This document shows, piece by piece, positions 21,943 to 35,850 of a stretch of DNA of 64,000 bases. Below the pieces are notes generated by a model that did no database searches, had not been told where the DNA came from, and was given only the letters and a program-made list of their open reading frames with translations. Numbering within the stretch: position 1 is the first letter of the stretch; the number at the start of each line of letters is the position of its first letter. A program made the translations under genes and the position numbers. The stretch is from Picochlorum sp. SENEW3 (lineage: Eukaryota). The stretch lies in NCBI GenBank assembly GCA_034226945.1, contig CP120453.1:62001-126000 (forward strand), given 5' to 3'.

Positions 21943-24333
21943 TTAAATAAACTTCACCTTTCCTATTCTAGGCGTTGTGTCAACGTTCCATCTCTTGAAA
22001 CATAATGACACTGATAAAGGAATGGTCCATGCAAATCCAGGCGACACTACCAAGCTGATATAGCCCATCAGCTTGATTGCTTTAATGTACACAACATGTA
22101 TATTCACTGCAACGATGCATAGTAGAACAGTAATCTCATACGAAGTAAATGGAAGACCTTGATGTGGACCACTAGTAGAAGACGACGATTCAACATATCG
22201 CCTTCCAGCAACAAGGCCAAGGAAGACAGTCATTGGGAAAATACAACATAGCAGATGCATTACTTGTACTAGCAGCACATCTGGTGTTGGGACTGATATC
22301 ATGTCTCCCTGGATATAGCCAATTACTCCGTGGTGAAAGACTATAAAAGGCAAGTTTCCACTCAGCAAATCTGCCAGGTATAATGGTCCAGTTATGAGGT
22401 ACAGGCAATATCCAAGAATGGTATGCCACACTGTTGAAAAGAGAGAAAGAATACATAGGGACGTGAAAGGGACCATGCATTTCGATGGATAGTACCAAGG
22501 GCTGCTTGAAACCCATCTATGATATGCAATAATCGCTTTCGCGTGCTTTTCCATCAGAATCTTTGGCAATACCAGCATCAGCATGAGCCCAGTGAATGCA
22601 ACAAAGTACATTCTGTGAGCAAGATTGGGCCAATTGACTGCCAACGTGATTTGCTCCCGCAATGTAAGTTCCAAGGCTGCCCTGCCATCGTATGCCTCCA
22701 CAGTACAGCCCCCAAAGCCGCATTCAAGCCTGGCTGCTCTAGTATCTGAGATGGAGGACACATATATTCCTTCGTCATTCTTGCCTCTCACCTCAATCTG
22801 CAAGTGGACGTGAGGCACAGAGCGAAGCGATTCATCGGCGACCATTATATTTCCTGTCTTCTGAAAGATCATTTTGCGAACATCGCTCTCGCCTGGTATG
22901 TCAACCTTATCCAAGGGGAAACGCCACAGGGGCTTTGAGGCATTCGATTCTCCATCAGGCATGTATACAAGGGCGTTCACCTCGTCCACGTGCAAATTTG
23001 AATGCAATGAAAATACCATGACTCGAACCATTCCACGAGGAAGGGGCTCAATGCCCTCACAGAGAGAGTACCTGGCATCTCGTGGCCAAGTGATTATTGG
23101 GATGGAATCAATCACCATGGCTCCTGAGGCTTCATCTGTAGCACTCGTCACACCCCACGAATTCAAATCAAAAAAGGTTTGCCACTGCTTATTCCGTCTC
23201 TGATACGAGTCAGACAGTGCAGCACGTGTTCTAGGGGCACTTGGTGTGTTGAAGTAGAAATCTCCAAAGGAGAGGCACCCAGAGTCCACTGTAATGATTC
23301 TGAATCGTCTATCATCTTTCCAAGCTGCAGTTTCTAGCTCTGTCAAATATCTCTGAGACTCTTCAATAGTATGAACCCTATGAAGTTTTTCCCCAAAAGC
23401 ACTGTGAAGATGTCCTGATACATACACAGTTGCAACCTCAGCAATAACATGTGCCATCCCAACTCCCTGCATGCAATACATGCTATCAAACGCATGCCGC
23501 AACGCCCCAAAAATCCCCATATTATACCATCTTCCTTCTGGATGACGCATTGAACTTATCGTGGAGAGCGGAAAATGCCCATAGGAAATGATTGGAGTCT
23601 TGGTTGGGCCACAACCTACAATATTCAACAGTGCTTTGACCTCTTCTCCAACGAGAGTGGCCTCCTCAACATCCTTTGAGTTCACCAGACCGACAAAATT
23701 TGTCGGACTCTTCAACCCTAAAGAAGCAGACGCATCCAAACCGAACAGAACAGCTTTCGGACACCCAGACCTGCCATCATACATGAATTTCTCCCTCCAG
23801 GTGTCAAATGTGACCAATTCCTGATTCACCAACACATGCACAGCAGTCCTGCCTTTAGGAGACGCCCTCTTCCCTCTCCCACAATATGAATAGTTCCTAT
23901 AGTGCTCACAGCATTCATCAAACACATTAAACTTGTCGTGGTTGCCAAGTATATCCAACACAGGGCCAGTGCGTGAGACAAACTCCTTCACCACACCATC
24001 ATAGGCCATCCACTCTTCCTCATTCTGCTGCCCACCCCCAAGCAAAGACTTCCCATCAGTCAAATCTCCAGTTATCAATACGGTATCAGGACCAATCGCA
24101 TCCAGCACACTCTCCCCAAACAGTCTCAAGTCCTCCACAACCTTCCCATACGAATACCAAGATTCGCCCTGATAACAACTGATATGGATATCACTCAACT
24201 GAACAACCACACTGGGTACCCCATAATCAACGGTAGCCCCATCTACCCCCGGGATTGCTAATTGGACGAGCGACAGCAAGAGTACCACGACATTCGCGCA
24301 TCCTTCCACTGCTCGAGACCGATCTTGCATCAT
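21943..24333 (-). CDS. TMEM62-like metallophosphoesterase
   Basis: Signal peptide, SDIH, TGDLTD, GNHD, GHFP, GHLH, ELE..W...RFRI and several C-terminal TM helices. Confidence 0.88.
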   Translation of the reverse strand: MMQDRSRAVEGCANVVVLLLSLVQLAIPGVDGATVDYGVPSVVVQLSDIHISCYQGESWYSYGKVVEDLRLFGESVLDAIGPDTVLITGDLTDGKSLLGGGQQNEEEWMAYDGVVKEFVSRTGPVLDILGNHDKFNVFDECCEHYRNYSYCGRGKRASPKGRTAVHVLVNQELVTFDTWREKFMYDGRSGCPKAVLFGLDASASLGLKSPTNFVGLVNSKDVEEATLVGEEVKALLNIVGCGPTKTPIISYGHFPLSTISSMRHPEGRWYNMGIFGALRHAFDSMYCMQGVGMAHVIAEVATVYVSGHLHSAFGEKLHRVHTIEESQRYLTELETAAWKDDRRFRIITVDSGCLSFGDFYFNTPSAPRTRAALSDSYQRRNKQWQTFFDLNSWGVTSATDEASGAMVIDSIPIITWPRDARYSLCEGIEPLPRGMVRVMVFSLHSNLHVDEVNALVYMPDGESNASKPLWRFPLDKVDIPGESDVRKMIFQKTGNIMVADESLRSVPHVHLQIEVRGKNDEGIYVSSISDTRAARLECGFGGCTVEAYDGRAALELTLREQITLAVNWPNLAHRMYFVAFTGLMLMLVLPKILMEKHAKAIIAYHRWVSSSPWYYPSKCMVPFTSLCILSLFSTVWHTILGYCLYLITGPLYLADLLSGNLPFIVFHHGVIGYIQGDMISVPTPDVLLVQVMHLLCCIFPMTVFLGLVAGRRYVESSSSTSGPHQGLPFTSYEITVLLCIVAVNIHVVYIKAIKLMGYISLVVSPGFAWTIPLSVSLCFKRWNVDTTPRIGKVKFI

Positions 24334-24543
24334 GTACCATGTAGATGAATTGAATAAATATCAAACATGGTCTGTATGCGAGATTCTGGGTCAGATATCG
24401 CCATCAGGATCCTCAGACCCACTCAGGTTTGGTTTCAGCAATTGTATCCACCATGAAGAATTCACATTCGTGATGTTGTGGATACGAGGTGGGCCTAGAG
24501 AATCCCACCATACAATTCTTTTTATGTTTTAATAAATACTGCC

Positions 24544-26223
24544 ATGCAAGGGGGGTCGAATGAGGGCAGTTCCATTCCTTTGGCAGGGTCTGACCAACCC
24601 CGGTCCCTGTCAATTGAACAGCAAGCAAGGTTAGGGACGCAGCATGGCAGTGATTCTGCTACTACAAGTACCAGTTCAAGTGATAGCAACCTTATAAGAT
24701 CAGTAAATCATGCGCTGAACGTGATTGGCATGGGGAGGTCACAGTGGTTGCTGTTGGGGTACACGAGTTTCGCCTGGGCAGCTGATGCGAGTGAGACTAT
24801 GATCCTGTCGTTTTTAGGGCCGAGTGTTGTATGTGCGTTTGATGCAGGGCCTGCTGAAGAGAGTCTGCTGACATCCGTGGTGTTTGCCGGGATGCTGGTT
24901 GGAGTCTATGTGCTTGGCTCAGTGTCTGATTCTCATGGGCGAAGGAAGGGTTTTTTGGTGTCTGCGCTTTTGCTCGGTGCTGCAGGAGTAGCTTCTGCTG
25001 TTGCTCCTTCATTCGGCTGGTTGGTGCTGTGTCGGATGATGGTTGGTGCAGGGTTGGGTGGTACCCCAATTGCGGTGACTTTGTTTGCAGAGTGGGTGCC
25101 ATCTGCTCGTCGTGGCATCTTGTCCTTGTTGATGCAGTCCTCTTGGACAATAGGGACAGCTGTACAGTCTCTCATGGCCTGGGCTATTTTGGGGTCTTTG
25201 GGGTGGAGATGGTTCCTCTTCCTATCAGCGTTGCCATTATTTGTTCTTGTGATAGGGTATCCGTGGCTTCCTGAATCTCCGTATTGGTTGGTTGCCAAGC
25301 AGAGGTACAAGGATGCAGAGAATATTGTAGGCAAGGTTGCCGAGTTTAATAAAGTGGAACCGCGGCTGCATACCTCTTTCGCTCCCGCTGCGCGAGAGAG
25401 TTATGCAAATGACTCAACAAAGATTGTTGTTGATGATGGCATCATATCATCAGAAGAGGAATCCCAGGGAGCATCATGGACGCAGCCAGTGGTTGCGGTT
25501 CTTAAAAGCGTCCGATATGCTCTGCGTCAAGTGTTTGGTGAGCGCCTTGCGCGTACTACTGGTATCCTTTGGCTCGTATGGTTTGCAAATGCGACAACAT
25601 ATTATGGTTTGGTTCTCTTGACCACCAGTTTACAGGTTGAGAGTGAAAAGCACAAGGGTGAGCAGCGTTGCCATGACGGAGAGGCTGTGTTTTCGTCATC
25701 AGATTATTTTGCAGTCTTTATCACATCGTTGGCGGAGGCTCCTGGTCTTTTGGGAGCCGCATTTCTCATTGATTATAAAGGCAGGCTTTGGTGTCTTCGG
25801 ATAGGCATGCTCATCTGTGCCATTTGCATATTTTGTCTACTCATTGGAGGGCGGGTGTTACAGCTCGTACTTCTATTCATCTCAAGAGCTGCTATTGAAG
25901 GAACATTTAGCGTCTTGTATGTGTACACTCCAGAACTCTACCCCACCCAGATTCGATCTTTTGGCCTAGCCCTCTGCAATGGATTTGCACGGTTGGGTGG
26001 ATTTTCAGCACCATTTTTCACAGTATATTTGGTAGAGAATGGGAAATCATCTTTGTCTATGATTCTTTTAGGATGCCTTTGTTCTATTGCTCTTATTGGA
26101 TGCCTTCTTCTTCCTATCGAGACCATGGGAACAGACTTGCAGGCTGACCACACCCACGATGTCAGGAATAATACTCATGCTGCTGAGGATGAGGACGAAG
26201 ATGTCCCTCTCGTCGTACACTAG
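24544..26223 (+). CDS. MFS transporter, SVOP/OCT7-like
   Basis: Multiple TM helices, SDSHGRR, PESPYWL, YTPELYPTQIRS and PIET motifs. Confidence 0.92.
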   Translation: MQGGSNEGSSIPLAGSDQPRSLSIEQQARLGTQHGSDSATTSTSSSDSNLIRSVNHALNVIGMGRSQWLLLGYTSFAWAADASETMILSFLGPSVVCAFDAGPAEESLLTSVVFAGMLVGVYVLGSVSDSHGRRKGFLVSALLLGAAGVASAVAPSFGWLVLCRMMVGAGLGGTPIAVTLFAEWVPSARRGILSLLMQSSWTIGTAVQSLMAWAILGSLGWRWFLFLSALPLFVLVIGYPWLPESPYWLVAKQRYKDAENIVGKVAEFNKVEPRLHTSFAPAARESYANDSTKIVVDDGIISSEEESQGASWTQPVVAVLKSVRYALRQVFGERLARTTGILWLVWFANATTYYGLVLLTTSLQVESEKHKGEQRCHDGEAVFSSSDYFAVFITSLAEAPGLLGAAFLIDYKGRLWCLRIGMLICAICIFCLLIGGRVLQLVLLFISRAAIEGTFSVLYVYTPELYPTQIRSFGLALCNGFARLGGFSAPFFTVYLVENGKSSLSMILLGCLCSIALIGCLLLPIETMGTDLQADHTHDVRNNTHAAEDEDEDVPLVVH

Positions 26224-26344
26224 TATATCATAAATAATAATGTATATTAAATAAATACCAACATAATTCATATACAGTCGTGTAACTAACTCTTTCTATT
26301 TTAGTTACAGTCCTGTTTTCAGAGCAGCAATAGTGCCCCTTGCA

Positions 26345-27133
26345 CTACTGATCTGGAAACAGGTACTCCAACCCGAGAAGCCACAGCCCAACACCGGCAG
26401 CCGATAACACAACCAACAGTACCAACACTCGCTTCACGATCCCCATGATGGATGTATCTATCCCAGTCATATCCGTCTCAAGAACGCTTGTCAAATCCTC
26501 CTGCATCAAATCCCGACTCCTACGTGCTGACGGTGCAGACATGCGCTGCTGTACCCCGCCTGATGACGCAGCTTTCAACGCTGCTTCACTAAACTTTTTC
26601 AATCGAATCAGAACCTGCTGCGATGCAATAAAATTCACAGCATACTCATCAAACTCGGAAGGATTCTGAATGACATTTTTGAAATCCAATCCCTGCAATA
26701 CGGCATCCCTCAGCGTAATCTGCGCCAGCTCGACATCTCCAAAGCAAGCATGCACACATGTACAATTATACAGCGCAGCCAGTCGCTGTTGCTCATCAGG
26801 ATCATTCCTTGGCACCTCTTCCCAGAGTTTGAGTGCCCCCATCCTATCCCCAGACTCATACTTTACCTTTCCAGCAGCCAACAAGTCCCTCGCCTATGTA
26901 TATATATATACAATGTAGTAGTTGGTTAGATTCAAGGCAGCAATCGCCATCCGTGATAGACAGACAACGTCTCGAAATTGGTAAATTCATTCATGGCAGA
27001 GACCCACCTTGATCGAACACACAATCCCACTCGCCCCTGTTCTACGTTTAAAATGATATCTACATCGTTGATCAATAAGAGACGAGCGCCGTGGCGTCAC
27101 TGTCACGCATCTATTGAAGAGTCTCCCTTGCAT
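26345..27133 (-). CDS. TPR-containing protein with C-terminal TM helix, probably plastid
   Basis: Transit-peptide-like exon 27133-27008 (an in-frame ATG also lies at 27163), intron 27007-26894, and TPR-like AALYNCTCVHACFGD. Confidence 0.7.
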
Positions 27134-27203
27134 ACTTCTCTGGCCACCCGTATTTGGCCTCATATTGTCTCAAATGGCATCGACCGATTACAATTCAATA
27201 CAA

Positions 27204-28034
27204 TTATGGTTCCATCATACCATCCCAGAGGTAAGAGATTGTATTCTCTGAAGACGAGGACACCCGACGGATCACATCTTCTGCCCTCTGCCTAATCACA
27301 TCATGGACCTGTTCCACACTCCCAGATGCATCAATCGTCTCCCATCTGGGTGCATACACCTGCTTCATATGGTTGAATTCTTTCATTACAGCTTGCTGAA
27401 ATACTGGTTTCTCATACCTCTCCTCTCCAAACCCACCTCTCTCTGCTGCAGCCTCTGGGCTCAGCTCTAAGAAGAAGACAGCATCTGGAGCCACGAGCCC
27501 CGTATCAGGTGCCATGCACCATTCCCTATGCAGCATATCCCGTCCCTTTGCTGCCGTGAAAGCCACTCCGGAAAAGGCGTACCGATCCACCACGAGCGTA
27601 ATACCTTGTGACAACTTTTCCAACATCAGGTCTCTCTTCTCCCATCTATTTGCAGAAAAGAGCAAGTGGATGCACCCATCGTCCACATCCGTGGTATTGG
27701 ACAAGTAACTATTAATCATCCCTCCAATCGTCGTGCTTCTGTCAGGAAATCTCCACAGCTCTGCTGGTCGACCAAGAGACTCCAAGTGCTCTACCAACTT
27801 GGCACACTGTGTACTCTTACCAGCTCTATCCACCCCTTCAAACACAATCAATGCACCACGACTGCCATTAATTCCAGTTGAATCTCCCATGATATCCCGG
27901 GATGACGCGTGTGGCAATCCTTTCCGCCCTGGAACAGAGACACTTGGTTGTACTACACGAGATGGACCGATGGATGCGCTTCTAGAAAGGACTCGAGAGA
28001 CTACCAATGATGATTTCAACAGTGCTGACCGCAT
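27204..28034 (-). CDS. Thymidylate kinase (dTMP kinase)
   Basis: RGALIVFEGVDRAGKSTQ, RFPDR, LLFSANRWE, DRYAFSG and GEERYE. N-terminal presequence; start taken at the first ATG. Confidence 0.95.
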   Translation of the reverse strand: MRSALLKSSLVVSRVLSRSASIGPSRVVQPSVSVPGRKGLPHASSRDIMGDSTGINGSRGALIVFEGVDRAGKSTQCAKLVEHLESLGRPAELWRFPDRSTTIGGMINSYLSNTTDVDDGCIHLLFSANRWEKRDLMLEKLSQGITLVVDRYAFSGVAFTAAKGRDMLHREWCMAPDTGLVAPDAVFFLELSPEAAAERGGFGEERYEKPVFQQAVMKEFNHMKQVYAPRWETIDASGSVEQVHDVIRQRAEDVIRRVSSSSENTISYLWDGMMEP

Positions 28035-28268
28035 ACTATATCGGTATTCGAATAGGGATGGGGTCTTTTCCACTGTTTCAAATTTGAAAATCCTTCACCG
28101 ACAATCTCATCGCAGAGAAATGCATTCCCCATCAACGATTGGGTGTGACGGTGAATCTCTGTGCATCTGCCAAGACTGGACTGGATTGTTTCCGCAGCAT
28201 CCATGGCAATGCGATGCGCTTTTTATTTTCAAAAAAATACTCTTATGTAGAGTAAGGTCAGAACCAGT

Positions 28269-30068
<1,800 letters not shown>

Positions 30069-30099
30069 ATTATTTTTACATGTGTAAGATATGGCGAAT

Positions 30100-32690
30100 T
30101 CATGTTTGCCGAGTACACGTGGTGTCATGCAGCATGGCGACAAGTGCAGTCCATCCAGTGAAAGGATGACATCCTTTGCCGCTGCCAGATTGGTCATCAT
30201 AGTTCTCGTACACGAATCCCTGCTTCTCATACTCTCGTACAATTGTATTCACGACATTGCAACTCAATTCCTGGGCAAGTACAAGTGATCGCTCAACGAC
30301 CTCTCTATGCTGTCCCTTGGAATAATGTCTCATTGCTCTCACTACCAAATAATTCATGTTGATCCAAATAGCGCCTCTCCAGTACGGTGGATCGTGTGGC
30401 GTATTTCGTTTATTGTATATAGAACTCGATTTAGAGAGAGATCGTAATCCAAAGGGCGACCATAGGTGTTCTGGCTTCTTCAGCATGTCCAAGTAGTCAT
30501 GCATCTCTGCTGCGTTCTCTGGGATCAGTCCAAGGGCAAATGGAAACATGGTGACGTAGCCGATATGATGAACAAAGCCAGGTGAAGGATTCGATCCATT
30601 TATTACCCTTTTCCACTCCATTGCCTGATTTCTGTTTTGATATTCTTCCAACACAACATCTGGGGTATCATTTCCATAGTCTGCAAAGACTCCTTGCTTG
30701 GGATCCCAGTGTAATCTCTTCAAAGCATCATAGTTTTCGAGAGATTGCGATAAGTTTTCATATTCTATCTGTTTTTGTTTCGGTACGTTGATAGTCGACG
30801 CAATCTGCGACATTGCTCGTGCAGCCAACGCCATCCAGCATCTCAGATCCAAGTGTCTCTCAATCCCAGATGGGTGTGATGCTCGTGGGAAGTCATCCAA
30901 CCCACTGGTGAGGGTTTTTGGATTCAATTCTTTATTAGTTGAGGCATCCCGGCCTCTCCATCTATATGCACCTGGGATTGGTCCTGCCTGGGTTTGGTTG
31001 TACCAGGTGAACCATGCATCCAATCGTGGCCATGCTGCCCTCAAAAATGCCAAATCATTCTCCTTCTCCTCATACATCACACCCGATGAAACTAGTTCAG
31101 CCATTTCAGATAAAACTAAGAATAGTGTAGGGGGGTTGGCTGCGTCCGGCGATTGAGGAATGAATTCTTCTGGGACTCTGGCTCGTGACTCCATTCCAAG
31201 TATTTGTTCTCTGGCAATCCAACCACTCGATGTCATGAGATCCAGCCAACTCGCCAATATTTCTCTGCTAATAGAAGGATTCCACTTTCGTATCAAAATT
31301 TGATGAAATCCTTCATCCCACAGGAATCCTCTAGGGAAAAAAGACCGGCTCGGCACTGCAGAATACAGTGGAGCATCCCACAATGGCTTCACAGATGATT
31401 GACCCTGTTCATCCTTTATTTTCACCAGAGAGTGCCCATACCAATATCCAATCCCACCAAGCATATTACTTAAAGCATACTTGGCAACATCGGTGGTAAA
31501 CCCAAGGTCACCAAACGTCGAAGTGAATTTCTTGTGGAACTTTTCCTCACTCTGAGATACTTTCCGTGTCAATGCCTCTCCAGACATCTCTTCTGCTCTT
31601 TTCTCTGTGGCTGAGGAGTGCATGATAACATCGCCTTTCACAAAGGAGATGTCCAGTGTCATAGGAAGGATGGCAGTGATTTGTAAAACAGCCACATTGG
31701 AATCCTCGGCACGCTCATTGGGAAACACAAGGGAGTAATACTCTGCTCCCTTGCTTTGTTGATCCAACAAACTTTTATACAATCCTCCTCTCACTAAATC
31801 TGTCATATTATGAAAATGGCTTGTTTTAGATCCATAATAGTGAACCGCCCCTCTAAACTCGCCATGTGGCCGCACATATGCACACCAGGAAGACGCTGAA
31901 CCCCGAGTCCCTGACCAAAAGCTGCAGCCGCTCGGTTCCACTACAGCATTACCTGATATTGACTGAGAAACACCCGCGGGATCCATGTCAATTGTACTTT
32001 CATCCTGATTTGCAAAGTAGATGAACATGGTGGTGGCATCCTGCTCCTCTGCAGCATTGCTCTCAGTCTCTGTTTTGACCATGGCCTTTGCTGAGATCCG
32101 AACTCCCCAATCCTCATCGTGCTCATCTGACTTTTGCCAGTGCATTTCATATTTAATATTCCCATCCTCAAGCTCATGCCTGCCAAAGGATTCTCCATCA
32201 TGCACCTTCCACCCCCAGTTCTTCATACCTGCACATCATCACATACACTTCGTCCCTCTGTCTCCATATATATATACGCAACGCAAGTATTCATACCATG
32301 ATTCTGCTCAGCTTCATGCCGAAGAGACCCCAGAGGATCGGCCCCTTGTGGATTTGTCCACATCACCCCCATCAGTGTAGACAAGGGAGCCTTTGACCGA
32401 ACTCCAAAGTATAGACCAGGTCTGTAGGTCCCCCAAAACATCCGCTTTGCTCGATCTCCAACAAATTCAGACAATTCAGATAATCGATCACCCTGTATAG
32501 GCCATAAATCCTTTGGAAGATGGCTATATTTCCTATACCGGTCGAACTGACTATAGTTCACGACAGCAGCGACCAGAAGAGCCACCAAAGCTACTAGCAA
32601 TGGTGTATGACCAATTCTTCCATATATAGTACCCCCATTTTGAGGCATCGGAGGGGCATCAGTGGTACGGCCCTTCTTCGACGCCTTCAT
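30100..32690 (-). CDS. GCS1: Mannosyl-oligosaccharide glucosidase I (GH63)
   Basis: WGTYRPGLYFG in exon 1, short intron near 32230-32296, then VPSRSFFPRGFLWDEGFH, TSGLDDFPR, YWRGAIW and FTGWTAL. Confidence 0.95.
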
Positions 32691-32797
32691 GGCAATGCTG
32701 AAGAAAAACCTTTCAAGACCCGGAAATCCAATGCAATCCTCCTCCTATATAATACTAGGTGGTACCAAGTTTGAAAATTTTACATCGACTGTGTCAT

Positions 32798-34660
32798 TCA
32801 TTCTGATTGCAACAAGTATCTGAGGTCATCAGGAATATTCACTGGGAATGGTTGGGTTTCTTCCCTTTCCCATTGATGGGCAGCATAGATCCCACCAAAG
32901 CTCACATGGTTCCCATTCGAAAAGGATGCAGCAGCTTCCTCGATTATCTTTGACGGGAATTCCTCATCATGTGATTCTTCATTGTCCAGGAAGGAGGTTT
33001 GGGACTGCCAGAGGACCAACTCTCTGGCACCCAGTGCCTGTGCACAGTGCCCGGCAGTACCAGCCAGGGACAGGAGTTGTCTATCTTTTGTGATTGTTGT
33101 CATACTATGAATAAGTACATCCACTGGTCCCATTCGTTTACCGAACAAATCGCTGCTCAAGCATGGTGGAATAATGCCTAGACTTCGCCCTTCCCGCTTT
33201 GGCCCAACACATTGATCTGGTTCCACCAGGGTACCGTCTTCCGTCATCACAGACTTTCCCGCCTTGAGTTCAGAGTACTGGGCGCTATCAAACACTCCCA
33301 ATGCTTGTGCAACGGCGGGATACAACCTTCCTGATCGATGGCTCTCTAGTACTTTGAATCCCAAGCATGGCTTTTCATTCTTCAATGGCGCTGCTGTAAC
33401 AAGCCACTCGGCATCTGTTCTAATAGTCCACGTCATACTACTAACCGACACATCTCTTCGGCTCGGGTCGCCTGGTGAAGGCAATTGTTGGGGGAGTGTG
33501 CCAGCCCGAAGGTCATTCCCACCTCCATTCCTCTTCTTTGTATGCCTCGACAGCATGACAGTCAATTCTCCATCATAATATCCTTCTGGATTGAGTTGAT
33601 CTGGTGGCAACTTTGTCGCGTACAATCTAGAACGTTTGAGAACTTCTACAGGCACGCCAATACTCTCAGGCTCCACAAACCCTGGTGTCAGCTCATGCAA
33701 CACCACCGGCATTTCTAAATATGTCCTAGACACGGCAAGCATATTAGAAACAAACGCAACCAGACCAGGAGGCCCATACACATGAATAGGTATATCAGCA
33801 GCCTCGTGGCCCTTTGACCGAGATGCACTAATCGTACACAGCATCCCTGGCAGACCCAACACAGACTCTGGATCCATACTACCCACAAATATCCTATCTA
33901 TCCTCTTCCAATCCACAAGAGTATGTCCAATCAACGACCTCTGCGTATCCTCACCACACTCAAACAACCACACAGACTGCAGCGTCCGCAGTGCCAAGGA
34001 CGTCGCCACTCGTATCCTATTTGGCGCAGTTAGCGTCGAGAGAAACGTCGCTTGCATCCCAGTCTTATTACTCATAATAGATTCACTATCCTCTTCCAGC
34101 AACACACCACTCAACGTCCCCTTCTGCACACCCAACAAGGGCTCTGCCTCCAACGCTGCCTTCATCACCTGCTCATACTCCTCCTCACACTCCTCCTCAT
34201 CACTCACCATCGCATCCACCCTCGCCGCCTCCTCCCCCACCAATCCACGACCCTCATCCAACAATGCCTGATACAATCGCCCGGCCAATTGACTCTTATA
34301 CCCCAGGTAAGGAAGATGCCTCGAATTCAACTCAGCCTTGAGCTGCTCCACAGTCAAGTTCCTCAATTGCTTATACGTATATGACTCTCCATCCTTTAAA
34401 ACACTGGTAAACACAGCACCATCGCCATCCTTCTCCGCTTTTCTGAGGTCTTCGCTCTCAGCCCGACACTTCTCGACACCATCCCTCCTCCAGAATCTAC
34501 TCCTACTAGTACTAATAAAAGAATGTTTCCTCAAGGACAATGCATTGGTATCGCATTGTCCTCGGCGCCCGTGGTGTCCCACATGAATCCCACATGCGGC
34601 ATGGACATGTTGCTGCCTGACACACACCATGATCCGATCAAATACACCCATACATTGCAC
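32798..34660 (-). CDS. RNase Z-like (metallo-beta-lactamase fold) protein with N-terminal SAP domain; catalytic motifs degenerate
   Basis: SAP-like LTVEQLKAELNSRHLPYLGYKSQLAGRL, WLFECGEDTQR, IDRIFV...GLPGML, YGPPGL and an exosite arm. HxHxDH is absent. Confidence 0.8.
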   Translation of the reverse strand: MQCMGVFDRIMVCVRQQHVHAACGIHVGHHGRRGQCDTNALSLRKHSFISTSRSRFWRRDGVEKCRAESEDLRKAEKDGDGAVFTSVLKDGESYTYKQLRNLTVEQLKAELNSRHLPYLGYKSQLAGRLYQALLDEGRGLVGEEAARVDAMVSDEEECEEEYEQVMKAALEAEPLLGVQKGTLSGVLLEEDSESIMSNKTGMQATFLSTLTAPNRIRVATSLALRTLQSVWLFECGEDTQRSLIGHTLVDWKRIDRIFVGSMDPESVLGLPGMLCTISASRSKGHEAADIPIHVYGPPGLVAFVSNMLAVSRTYLEMPVVLHELTPGFVEPESIGVPVEVLKRSRLYATKLPPDQLNPEGYYDGELTVMLSRHTKKRNGGGNDLRAGTLPQQLPSPGDPSRRDVSVSSMTWTIRTDAEWLVTAAPLKNEKPCLGFKVLESHRSGRLYPAVAQALGVFDSAQYSELKAGKSVMTEDGTLVEPDQCVGPKREGRSLGIIPPCLSSDLFGKRMGPVDVLIHSMTTITKDRQLLSLAGTAGHCAQALGARELVLWQSQTSFLDNEESHDEEFPSKIIEEAAASFSNGNHVSFGGIYAAHQWEREETQPFPVNIPDDLRYLLQSE

Positions 34661-35850
34661 AATTATACTAAAAACATTGTTATATCTGTGGTGGATCAGT
34701 ATGAAATATGAATGAGAGAGCCAGGCATCAAATCAATCACATGCCTGCAAGGCACATGGCTGCATTGATCCTGCAAGACCATCATCACCGAGAGACTCGC
34801 TCGGCATATGCCATGCTATTGTAGTTTCCTTGGCATACATCTCTTGAAGCAGAGTCGTCCAGCATGGCGTGTCGCTGGTCGTATTGTCCTTGGATGAATG
34901 ATCTCGATAGATCACCCCATCATGCATCTCCTTTGATGGGAAATAAAAACCCTTATCTGGAATGTGACGCTTTCAAGGACGCTGTGACACAGACTCCCAT
35001 CACATGCATTCTCTGACCGAAGAGTTCCTTCATAAGATTCTCAGACACGTGTGAAGCATCGTCAGCGTTACACCCCATTCTGATGCATCTCCACTGGTAT
35101 ACTCCTGTCCAGACAATCGACGAATATACCAATATTACAAATAATCTGACATATAGTACTGGTAAAGTGTAAACTGCGTATACTATTGACATTGTATCTG
35201 CACTCTGTACAACGTTGTCGAACTGGCGCTGATCACGTGCACGGGTGGAGGCTCACAAGGTACGGGTATACTCGGTTTCCGTGTTCGATACATACACATT
35301 GTGGTATAATAAGACTATTGTGATGGGATGCGGTGCATCGAATGCGTGTGCGGGGTGCCTGGCTGACTGTCCGCGAACGTGACTTGTCACGTCACTGGTC
35401 TGGGGCTGTGGGTGTGGGCGCTGTGGGGGTATATAGGGGTGATTTCTAATGATATATGAGTGTGGAATTGTACCTCGTTGGTCGCCAGGGGGGTGCATCG
35501 GGGTGGAACCCTGGGATATGGTCGAACAGGGTAGTATCTAGGTCTCACGGCTGTGTGATGTGTGTGTAGGAATACGCCCCTCAGAGAAGAAGATTATTTA
35601 TATTTGGACTTGATTGGCTCGGGAGAACCCGTCAATCTGTCCGTGGAATTCTTTGGTTGTGAGAGTGGGTGTTTGAAGCAATGGTTTTAAGCCTCAATAA
35701 GTAATCAGATAATTTGTGGCTCTCGCGAAGATTTATAGGAGGAACTATACCAACTCTAATACAAGACATTAGAGGAGATTCTTATTATTGCATCGTGGGC
35801 GACAGTTTTTGAGAAAGCCGTTGATGCCCAGAATTCTAGGTGAGACAAAA

